Below, piece by piece: positions 1 through 8,600 of a DNA stretch of 64,000 nucleotides. The position numbers and the translations under genes were made by a program. The notes under the pieces are model-generated. The model did no database searches and was not told the origin of the DNA. It worked only from the letters and a program-made list of their open reading frames with translations. Source of the DNA: an uncultured Bacteroidota bacterium (GTDB taxonomy: Bacteria > Bacteroidota > Bacteroidia > Bacteroidales > VadinHA17); assembly GCA_963744745.1 (NCBI GenBank), contig CAVUVD010000019.1, forward strand, positions 427,651-491,650. Direction: 5' to 3'. Numbering within the stretch: the stretch's first letter is position 1; each line of letters opens with the position of its first letter.

Positions 1-441
1 TTCTTTAAAAGATTTATTCCCGTTACTCATACGATGCGGGAAGACAGGCTTTTTGTCGTTGAAAATCACAGGCTTCATGCAACACCTCTCTTCCTTGTAC
101 TGGTTGTCATAGAATCCTCCGATCTCATTTTTGCCGTCGACAGTATTCCTGCCATACTTGCAATCAGCCAGGACAGGTTCATCGTATACACTTCGAATAT
201 ATTTGCAATCCTTGGTTTAAGATCGTTATACTTTGCTGTTGCAGGGATTATGGACTATTTCAGGTTCCTGAAAATTGGTCTTGCTTTTGTTCTGAGCTTT
301 GTCGGGCTTAAAATGCTGGCTGCCTATTTCCATTTTGAAATACCAATACTGATTTCGCTTGCTGTAATTGTTTCCATTCTGCTTATTTCAATTCTTGCCT
401 CAATAATTATTAAGGAGAACAAAGAGACAGAAGAATCGTAA
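1..441 (+). CDS. TerC family integral membrane protein, C-terminal part (5' end outside window)
   Basis: The frame is open from nt 1 with no stop in 1-33. The translation contains the TerC-type core FAVDSIPAILAISQDRFIVYTSNIFAILGLRSLYF followed by hydrophobic helices. Confidence 0.8.
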   Translation, partial: FFKRFIPVTHTMREDRLFVVENHRLHATPLFLVLVVIESSDLIFAVDSIPAILAISQDRFIVYTSNIFAILGLRSLYFAVAGIMDYFRFLKIGLAFVLSFVGLKMLAAYFHFEIPILISLAVIVSILLISILASIIIKENKETEES

Positions 442-569
442 TTCACCTATTCAGACTCTCGGTACCTGTGTCGATTCTGAAACTCTCGATGCCAGTTTAA
501 TTTTATACGGCGATAATTAAACAATCAATTACGGATCAGGGTTATACATCTGGTCTGAAATAGTTGTTT

Positions 570-1457
570 ATGCGTTTCTACAGGGCTCTCCAGGAAAAAG
601 GGCAGTATTTTATTAAACGGAATCTGAAGGTAGATACTGAAACAGATCTTTTAGAAATTCTTGAAGAATTCAATGGATCGAACAAATCGGAGGTATTGTT
701 CAGGGGACAACCGGAAGCAAAGTACATGCTATACTCATCCCTGCAAAGGCTCTGGATAGACAAAAAGCTTGAGAAACACTATCAATCATATCGACAACTC
801 ATCAATAACCTCATTGATAATAGCAAAAAGTGGAATTCTGGGTTGCTATCGAGATATTTAAAGAATGCAGGGTGGGAGGAGACAGAGCTCAGCATATTGA
901 GCATCATGCAGCATTATGGTGTGCCAACGCCTCTTCTTGATTTCACTTACGACATAGATAAAAGCCTTTATTTTGCAACGCTGAGTATAGACTTTTCGCC
1001 TCCCGGAAGTGAGATCGAAAAGTACTTCTCAATTTATTACATCTTTAAGAATAATCCCGTTTTGATGACAGTTGATGCCGGAAAAGAACCACACGGAGGC
1101 AAAGATCTTAATATCGTTATGAAATCGGATATTACTCTCATTGACAGTGCAGATGAGGTTTACCGGATACAGAACAATCTTAACATTATTAACCAGGAGG
1201 GAGCGTTTATTTTCAACTCCTCTGCAAGCGATCCTCTTGAGAAACACTATTTCAAGCATGTAAGCAGGCTGCAAAGAACATCGGGAAAGGAGTTGCCCCG
1301 TGAGATTGGAGGTTGTATTAATATTAACAAAAGTCTCGCACCTAAAATAAGGGAACTCTTGCAGGAAAAGGGGATAGATAAGTATTCAATGTTTCCTGAC
1401 CTGAATAAGTTGAGATCGGATTGTCTGAATGATGAATGGGCAAAGATAAGTCCCTGA
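570..1457 (+). CDS. FRG domain-containing protein
   Basis: Long ORF. ATG at 570 is preferred over TTG at 564. The VLFRGQ motif near the N-terminus is typical of the FRG domain. Confidence 0.6.
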   Translation: MRFYRALQEKGQYFIKRNLKVDTETDLLEILEEFNGSNKSEVLFRGQPEAKYMLYSSLQRLWIDKKLEKHYQSYRQLINNLIDNSKKWNSGLLSRYLKNAGWEETELSILSIMQHYGVPTPLLDFTYDIDKSLYFATLSIDFSPPGSEIEKYFSIYYIFKNNPVLMTVDAGKEPHGGKDLNIVMKSDITLIDSADEVYRIQNNLNIINQEGAFIFNSSASDPLEKHYFKHVSRLQRTSGKELPREIGGCININKSLAPKIRELLQEKGIDKYSMFPDLNKLRSDCLNDEWAKISP

Positions 1458-1590
1458 GTTTACTCAGTAATTCATTATTGTTTCCAGGTCTCAGAAAGAA
1501 ATCCCCTTTATATTATACGAAACTGAACATGTTTTTGTTATACATATAAACACCTTGGGGCGATTGAGATTGATTCAGAATGAAGAAGGA

Positions 1591-1798
1591 GATCCTTCAT
1601 TTCACAAATCCTTCGCTCAGGCTCAGGATTTGTTGCATTCAGGATGACATGACGGTAGAGTGGTTGGGAATGAAGCGGCTCATTTTAAGTTGATCTCCTT
1701 TCAGGATTGGAAAATACTATGAAATGCGCCGCTTCATTCACTAACATCCTCCTATGAGCATTGTCATCCTGAACGTAGCGAAAGCGGAGTGAAGGATC
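1591..1798. repeat. Nested inverted-repeat (REP/MITE-like) intergenic element
   Basis: Outer arms are gatccttca...ttcaggatgaca (1591-1648) and its inverted partner tgtcatcctgaa...tgaaggatc (1762-1798). The inner 12-bp inverted repeat is gaatgaagcggc (1668-1679) / gccgcttcattc (1728-1739). Confidence 0.6.
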
Positions 1799-1921
1799 TT
1801 AAAGGATTGTGTATGAATTATTTTGAGACAGTTTTCGTCGTTTAAACAATAATGGTTTAAATATTAATTCTTAACCGCCAAACGCATGTAAAAAAAGTAA
1901 TTCAAGAACTATAGGCTGTAA

Positions 1922-2266
1922 ATGATCAGGTTGTATTTACTGTACGGCAAGTCCATAATTGTCACGAATTGTGTATTCTCATTTCTTTTATCATTAATTG
2001 CATTTCCATTAATGCTTAAACCGTTGTTTGAAAATATCGGATTCCCTGCTCCAATATTCATTATACTTGCCATGATTAAAGCATTTACATGGTCGTTTCT
2101 GACGGGAGGATTTCTGATCAGCGTTTTGTTCTTTGAAATCCGGAAGAAGAATGAATACTATTTTTATTACAATATCTCCATTTCAAAACCTTCACTGCTC
2201 TTATCTGCATATATGCTTCATCTGATCTTCATCACACCTTTATTAATAGTATTATTTAATGTCTGA
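1922..2266 (+). CDS. small hydrophobic membrane protein (hypothetical), probably coupled to the downstream ABC ATPase
   Basis: 114-aa ORF with about 3 hydrophobic helices. Its end overlaps the next ORF start by 8 nt. Confidence 0.5.
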   Translation: MIRLYLLYGKSIIVTNCVFSFLLSLIAFPLMLKPLFENIGFPAPIFIILAMIKAFTWSFLTGGFLISVLFFEIRKKNEYYFYYNISISKPSLLLSAYMLHLIFITPLLIVLFNV

Positions 2267-2918
2267 TTTACTCGAAATTGACAGTATCCGCAAAGAGTTC
2301 GGGCTGCGTCAGATTCTGACAGACATTTGCATTATTGTCAGAACCGGGGATATTATTGGGATTCTGGGAAGGAATGGATCAGGAAAGTCAACACTGATGA
2401 AGATTATATTCGGCACCCTTCATACGGATAATAAATTTATAAGATTGAATGGTGTCATCCTTGAGAAACCATATAAGGTAAAAAACTGTATAGGCTACTT
2501 GTATCAGGATGGTTTTCTTCCAAAGAATCTCACTGTAAAACAGGTGTTTGAGCATTATGCAGATAAAATCGAAGTCGCAGGATTTTTCGATGATGAGATA
2601 CTGAATAAAGTACAGGATGTGAAAATAAGAAATCTGTCGGGAGGTGAATCGAGGTACCTTGAGGTTAAGCTGATTCTGAACCTGGAATGCAGCTTCATAC
2701 TACTTGATGAGCCTTTCAATGGTTTATCGCCATTGCATATCGAGATCATAAAAGAAATGATAGTTAAGAAATCAGGGAAGAAGGGAATACTATTAACGGA
2801 TCATGATTACAGGAATGTAATGGATATAACAAACAGAACTTACCTGTTATTTGACGGAGGATTAAAGCAAATCGGGGACAGTGAGGATCTCGTCGGCTGG
2901 GGTTATGTTCCGGGGTAA
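2259..2918 (+). CDS. ABC transporter ATP-binding protein
   Basis: Walker A GRNGSGKST, signature LSGGE and Walker B ILLDEP are all present. Confidence 0.85.
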   Translation: MSDLLEIDSIRKEFGLRQILTDICIIVRTGDIIGILGRNGSGKSTLMKIIFGTLHTDNKFIRLNGVILEKPYKVKNCIGYLYQDGFLPKNLTVKQVFEHYADKIEVAGFFDDEILNKVQDVKIRNLSGGESRYLEVKLILNLECSFILLDEPFNGLSPLHIEIIKEMIVKKSGKKGILLTDHDYRNVMDITNRTYLLFDGGLKQIGDSEDLVGWGYVPG

Positions 2919-2925
2919 TCCTTTG

Positions 2926-2998
<73 letters not shown>

Positions 2999-3093
2999 TT
3001 AAGGCTGCAAAATTAGCATAAATTATTGATAAATGCTTTGGTCACTAAAATCAAGATGATTATCTTTCGTGGCTTTTTAAAAACCAATAGATT

Positions 3094-4065
3094 ATGTTAC
3101 ATTATAGAGAATTAGGGTTAGTGAATTCGAGGGAATTGTTTAAAAATGCCGTAAGAGGAGGTTATGCAATTCCGGCCTTCAATTTTAACAATCTCGAACA
3201 GATGCAGGCTATTATAAGCGCCTGTGTGGAGACCAAATCTCCGGTGATACTGCAGGTATCAAAAGGTGCACGGAAATATGCAAACCAAACCTTACTGCAA
3301 TATCTCGCAAAAGGAGCGGTTGAGTATGCCAAGGAACTTGGACATGCAATACCGATTGTTCTTCACCTCGATCATGGAGATTCATTTGAAACATGTAAAT
3401 CATGTATTGAATCGGGTTTTTCATCAGTTATGATCGACGGATCGCATTTCCCTTATGAGGAAAATATAAGGCTGACCAAACAGGTTGTTGAGTTAGCTCA
3501 TAAACATGATGTTACAGTTGAAGGTGAGCTTGGTGTGCTTGCAGGCATCGAAGATGAGGTTTCTTCTGAACATACTTCATATACAAGACCTGAAGAAGTT
3601 GAGGATTTTGTAAAGAAAACAGGGGTTGATTCACTGGCCATCTCGATCGGAACCTCACATGGCGCTTTTAAATTCAAGGTGAAGCCAGGAGAACTGCCTC
3701 CTCCGCTTCGTTTTGATATTCTTGAAGAATGTGAAAGAAGGATTCCTGGTTTTCCGATTGTACTTCATGGTGCATCTTCAGTGCCGCAGGATATTGTTGA
3801 TGAGATAAATAAGTATGGCGGTAAGATGGAAAACACTGCAGGGGTATCTGAAGAGCAACTCCGCAGGGCAGCTAAATCGGCAGTATGCAAAATCAATATT
3901 GACAGCGATGGTCGTCTGGCAATGACAGCAGCCATCCGTAAAGTTTTTGTTGAGAAGCCGGGTGAATTCGATCCGCGCAACTATCTTGGTCCGGCACGTG
4001 ACAAGCTTAAGGAGCTCTATAAGCACAAGATCGTGAATGTGCTTGGAAGCGCTAACAAGGCATAA
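3094..4065 (+). CDS. fba: class II fructose-1,6-bisphosphate aldolase
   Basis: 323-aa ORF with class II aldolase motifs (ILQVS, LHLDHG, VLHGASS) and typical length. Confidence 0.9.
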   Translation: MLHYRELGLVNSRELFKNAVRGGYAIPAFNFNNLEQMQAIISACVETKSPVILQVSKGARKYANQTLLQYLAKGAVEYAKELGHAIPIVLHLDHGDSFETCKSCIESGFSSVMIDGSHFPYEENIRLTKQVVELAHKHDVTVEGELGVLAGIEDEVSSEHTSYTRPEEVEDFVKKTGVDSLAISIGTSHGAFKFKVKPGELPPPLRFDILEECERRIPGFPIVLHGASSVPQDIVDEINKYGGKMENTAGVSEEQLRRAAKSAVCKINIDSDGRLAMTAAIRKVFVEKPGEFDPRNYLGPARDKLKELYKHKIVNVLGSANKA

Positions 4066-4089
4066 TACCTGAATCCAATTTTTTAATAG

Positions 4090-4117
4090 CACCTCTCTGA
4101 CCGGGAGGTGTTTTTTT
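4090..4117 (+). terminator. rho-independent terminator after fba
   Basis: Hairpin cacctc-tctgaccgg-gaggtg followed by a T7 run. Confidence 0.7.
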
Positions 4118-4126
4118 ATTTCTTGT

Positions 4127-4693
4127 TTAATCTATCATTCTCCCAGTTTCTGACATTATTTTAATATAATCCCTTATGCGATTCATTTCGTCATGATTCC
4201 GGATTATATGATCGTGAAAACGGGTTTGCCACGTAAAATCGGCATGCAATTTCCGGGCATTCACGGATACGGATATTTTGAATCCACGTATTATTGACGC
4301 CAGATTTTTCGATTGCGGACCAAATTTGTTTTTGGTATTATTTTTGGAATGGTTTATCGTAGAGACGCAATGCATTGCGTCTCTACCAGATACGTTCGAT
4401 TTATTATATTCATTTTCCCCGATAATTATTATGGCATGAAAATGATTGGGTATCACAACAAATTCACCCAATTGCAAATTCATATCAGCACGCAATTCGA
4501 TTGTTTTTAACCATTCGGTTTTCGTGATTTCACCTATAGGTGACAATTGCATCTGACCATTAATTATTTCACCAAAAAAATGATTTCGGTTTTTGGTGCA
4601 AATGGTGATGAAATATACACCGCCGGTGTAATCATGAAAATATGCCCGGATTGAAGGTATACGATATTTATTTTGAAATTTTCCGGAATACAC
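4127..4693 (-). CDS. IS200/IS605-type Y1 (RayT-like, REP-associated) tyrosine transposase family protein
   Basis: 188 aa. The N-terminal YFITICTKNR and the HFHAIIII (HUH-type) motif are typical of Y1 transposases. No IS ends were recognised. Confidence 0.7.
   Translation of the reverse strand: MYSGKFQNKYRIPSIRAYFHDYTGGVYFITICTKNRNHFFGEIINGQMQLSPIGEITKTEWLKTIELRADMNLQLGEFVVIPNHFHAIIIIGENEYNKSNVSGRDAMHCVSTINHSKNNTKNKFGPQSKNLASIIRGFKISVSVNARKLHADFTWQTRFHDHIIRNHDEMNRIRDYIKIMSETGRMID
4359..4386. repeat. perfect 28-nt palindrome embedded in the Y1 transposase ORF
   Basis: The sequence is gtagagacgcaatg|cattgcgtctctac. It translates in frame as ...RDAMHCVST.... Confidence 0.9.
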
Positions 4694-4791
4694 TAATAAT
4701 CAATTCAGAATTTGCAGAAACATAAATATAGGAAATTGTTTGAACTGCAAATAGTTTTGGTGATGATAAGATTTAACAAAGCAGAAGTGAG

Positions 4792-4831
4792 GATAAACAA
4801 AAAGCCCTCCTGCGCTAAAGCTACGGAGGGC
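4792..4831 (-). terminator. hairpin plus T-run downstream of the tRNA-like fragment (minus strand)
   Basis: Stem gccctcc (4804-4810) pairs with ggagggc (4825-4831). On the minus strand it is followed by tttttgttt. Confidence 0.5.
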
Positions 4832-4836
4832 GAAGG

Positions 4837-4908
4837 TGGGGGTTGACGGGATCGAACCGCCGACCCTCCCGACTTGTCAGTCGGGATGCTCTGAACCTGC
4901 TGAGATTA
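4837..4908 (-). pseudogene. degenerate tRNA-Val-derived sequence (GAC-like anticodon region)
   Basis: The 3' acceptor strand and T arm are near-identical to the tRNA-Val at 5176-5250. The anticodon arm is aberrant (7-bp stem, 6-nt loop). The D stem has a mismatch. The would-be 5' acceptor strand (aacagct) cannot pair with aaccccc. Confidence 0.6.
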
Positions 4909-4914
4909 GCTGTT

Positions 4915-5136
4915 TCAGTCTTTCTCTGTTTTTCCAGTTTTTAAGTTGTTTTTCCCGGAACAGGCTTCATTCTTAGTCTGAAATGATTCAGAGTAAACAA
5001 GGGTCCATGGTCTTCCCCTTGAGGAAAAACCTTTTGAGATGTTATTATGTTTTCTTAACCTGTCATTCAGATTTGAAGAGAAACCGATATAATACTTATC
5101 GAGTTTTTCCGAGTAGATAATATAGACAAAATACAT
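4915..5136 (-). CDS. small GIY-YIG nuclease family protein
   Basis: The 73-aa ORF starts MYFVYIIYS...KYYIGFSSNLNDRLRKHN, which is the GIY...YIG module. The C-terminal tail looks atypical. Confidence 0.7.
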   Translation of the reverse strand: MYFVYIIYSEKLDKYYIGFSSNLNDRLRKHNNISKGFSSRGRPWTLVYSESFQTKNEACSGKNNLKTGKTEKD

Positions 5137-5175
5137 AAGCGAGAAAGCCCGTAAGAAACGGGCTGTTGATTACTG

Positions 5176-5250
5176 TGGGGGTTGACGGGTTCGAACCGCC
5201 GACCCTCTGCTTGTAAGGCAGATGCTCTGAACCAGCTGAGCTAAACCTCC
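5176..5250 (-). tRNA. tRNA-Val (anticodon TAC)
   Basis: The reverse complement reads GGAGGTT TA GCTC AGCTGGTTC AGAGC A TCTGC CTTACAA GCAGA GGGTC GGCGG TTCGAAC CCGTC AACCCCC A. There is one A-C mismatch in the acceptor stem. Confidence 0.85.
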
Positions 5251-5277
5251 AGGAAAACCGCTTTTGTAAAGCGAGTG

Positions 5278-5285
5278 CAAATATA
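5278..5285 (-). promoter_or_regulatory. Bacteroidota -7 box (TAnnTTTG) upstream of tRNA-Val
   Basis: The minus strand reads TATATTTG about 28 nt upstream of the mature tRNA 5' end. Confidence 0.45.
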
Positions 5286-5678
5286 GACTCAATTTTTATT
5301 TCTGCAAAGGAAAATCAATAATAATGTATTCAAACCGGTAAATTGATCTCTGCACTGAACAGCATCAGAACAGGTGCTCTGATCCTTATTTCAGGTGAAA
5401 ATACCTGTATTTAAGCATAATTTAAAGTTATGTTTGAATGAATTTGTTTCGAACCGAGGAATGTAACACATGGTAAGCAACCAATAACGCCGATCTTGAG
5501 TCTTGAATGAGTACCAAGCGATTGGATGATACAACGTAAAATGTGTCTAAAAATTGCGTATATTCGCTTAAGTATGTCATTGAAATATGGATTTCAATCA
5601 GGAATGATTATGCCATATTTCGATATTGTTTTTCGTACTGAAATTGAGCCTAAAACTGATTAACCGAACCTGATATAT

Positions 5679-8600
5679 ATGGAAAGTCAAAATCCATTAC
5701 CTGGCCAGAATCCATTTTTTTCATTTTGCAGGGGGATCACCAAGAGGAGCTTCTTACTTGTTTTTTTGTTCATTTTGATTGTTGGAGGGAATAAGGTATA
5801 TGCCCAAAAATATTGGGTTGGAGGAGCAAATGGTGCTTTTAGTGTTGCTGCAAACTGGAGTGCAAGTGTTGGCGGGGCAGGTGGAATTGGAATTCCTGTT
5901 GCCGGTGATCAGCTTGTATTTGATGGAACGGACATCGATGATGATCCTGGTTTGCAGACAGATGCGGTTACAGTCACAAATATCAGTACTCTTAGTTTAA
6001 AGTCAATAACTATTTCGAATTCATCAGATGTGACATTTGCTGCTGCTGGTCCCGTTATATTGACATTAGGACCGGCTGTGGCGCCTCCTTCAGATGCACT
6101 GGTGATTTCAGGTTCGACTTTCAATATCAGTTCGAATATTACAATTTCACTTCTGCCAATTGGTAATGCTGTTGTTGACGCTACCGGGACATTTAAATTA
6201 ACAAATGGATCCACTTTCAATATTGATGCAACAGGGGGGGGGAAAGCTGATGTGAATGGAACATTGGAAAACGCCGGCGGCACAATCGTTGCACCTGCCG
6301 GGAAACTGAGATTCAATGCAAATTCTGTTTATAATCATACCCGGGATGGTGGCTCAATACCTGTAGCTACCTGGGATCCGACATCTACAATCAAGGTCAC
6401 TGGGATAGCTGCCACTCAAATCACACCCTTTACAAACGATCAGACTTTTGGTAATTTTATATGGAACTGCCCTCTGCAGAACATCTCCCAGGATATAGTA
6501 GGTAATGCCACCATTACCGTAAACATAAAAGGCAATCTGAATATTATCAGAACTGGTTTCGATGCCCTTTACCTTGTGAACTTTGTTCAGACACCCACCC
6601 TGACTGTCGAAGGAAATCTTGTAATCGGAGACGGGGTGAATAATGCACAGCTATATACAAACGGGAGTACTAACAATACCACTGTTAATATTGGAGGAGA
6701 TCTTACAGTCAATAAAGAAGGAAGATTCCAGGTCCAGATTGGAACCACGACAGTCAATTTCGGAATTAATGGCAAGTCGGCAAATTCAAACTGGGGAGGT
6801 AACGGGACATATACCAATAACGGGATTTCTTATATAATCAGGAACCAGCCTGTTGGAAAGATAGTTAACCTTAATGGCTTCTCTTCAGGTATTATCCTGA
6901 CTGTGGGTGCTGTAACTGTAAATACGGGAGCTACCCTGAATTGCGGAACTCAGATTATAGGTGGTACAGGAGATTTCACTCTTCAGGCAGGAGCCACATT
7001 AGGTTTAGGTCACATTAATGGTATTGATGGGAACATCACAACATCAGGCACCAAAACATATAATGAAACCGGAGCAGGTACCACATTCAATTTCAATTCT
7101 GCAATATCAGGTCAGATTACCGGTTTAAATCTTCCTGCGGCAGTTACAAATCTTACAATAAGTAATGGAGTCGCCAGTGGTGTGGTTTACCTTTCGAAAT
7201 CAACAGTAGTAAACAGCACTCTTACGCTTACTGGCGGTATTCTGGCACTGCAGGGGAATGATCTTACTTTATCTGCAGGAGCTACTTTAGCAGGTAATCC
7301 GCCTTCTGTTACCAATATGGTTGCCCCGGGCATAGGGAAATTTTACAAACATTTTGCTGCTCCTGATCCTACTGCATTTACTTTCCCGATCGGAGACCTC
7401 GATCTGGTTCTTCCGGCATTAAACAATTATTCACCTGTCACACTCGATTTTACTTCTCTTACCGCAGATGGTCTGGTTGGTGTTGGTGTAATTGACGGAG
7501 TACATCCGGAAATGAATACGGGAGGAATACCTCCACATTACCTTTCAAGATACTGGCATTTTGCATCAACACTTCCCGGGAATTATATTTATAATGTAAG
7601 CACATATCTTTATGATGCGGGTGATATAACCGGTACCGAGGCAAATATGAAACTCAGCTTCTGGAACGGGTCGGCATGGTCAATCATTGCAAACAGTACA
7701 GCAGCTGGAAATATTCTGTCTATCCCGGTCGCTTCACCGTTAAGTAATATTTCAGGACCACTAAACGGGAATGTCTTTACCGGTCGTTCAGAAACCTGCA
7801 GCAGTGACACAGAACCTCCTACAATTGTTTGTCCTCCGGATGTTACTGCAAATACTTCAGATGATGGCACAGGTGATTGTGAGACAACAGTAGTTACAGG
7901 CATTCCTACTGTTGCAGATAATTGCGTGGTGGATGATGTAATTGCCCAGATTGGCGGAGTTACAATTAATCCGGTGACTTATAAATTTCCTTCAGGGATC
8001 ACTACTATAACATGGATTGTTACTGATCTTGCAGGTAATAGCGCCAATTGCAATCAGACAATCACGGTTCTGGACGATGAAGATCCGGTGATCACATGTG
8101 TCGATGTTACAAGGAATACATCTGATGACGGCGCTGGAAATTGTACAACAACATCACCGGCAATTCCTGCTAATTCAGATAATTGCATCGGCAGTACTGT
8201 TGCAGCAACAGTTGGAGGAGTGCCCATCGATCCTGGAACCTATTTATTTAGCCTGGGGACCACTTCGGTAACCTGGACAATAACTGATGCTGCAGGAAAC
8301 TCAGCTACCTGCAACCAGCAGGTTACGGTGGTTGATAACGAAGATCCAACAATCACTTGTCCTGTCGATGTAACCGTGCCGATGGCACCGGGAGTATGTA
8401 CTTCAAAAGCTGTTTTAGGCGTACCATTAACATCAGATAATTGCAGTATTGCATCCACAGTCGCACAGGCAGGTGGCATTACTATTGACCCTGCAACATA
8501 TGATTTTCCGGCCGGAACAACTATTGTAACGTGGATTGTTACTGATGGCAGCGGGAGAACTGCAAGTTGTGATCAGGATGTTACTGTAAGCGACGATGAA

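Noticed and set aside
5146-5164. Hairpin agcccg-taagaaa-cgggct as a terminator between tRNA-Val and the GIY-YIG gene
   Set aside because: The stem is only 6 bp and the following minus-strand tract (ttctcgctt) is a poor U-run. It also sits 9 nt from the GIY-YIG start, so its role is ambiguous.
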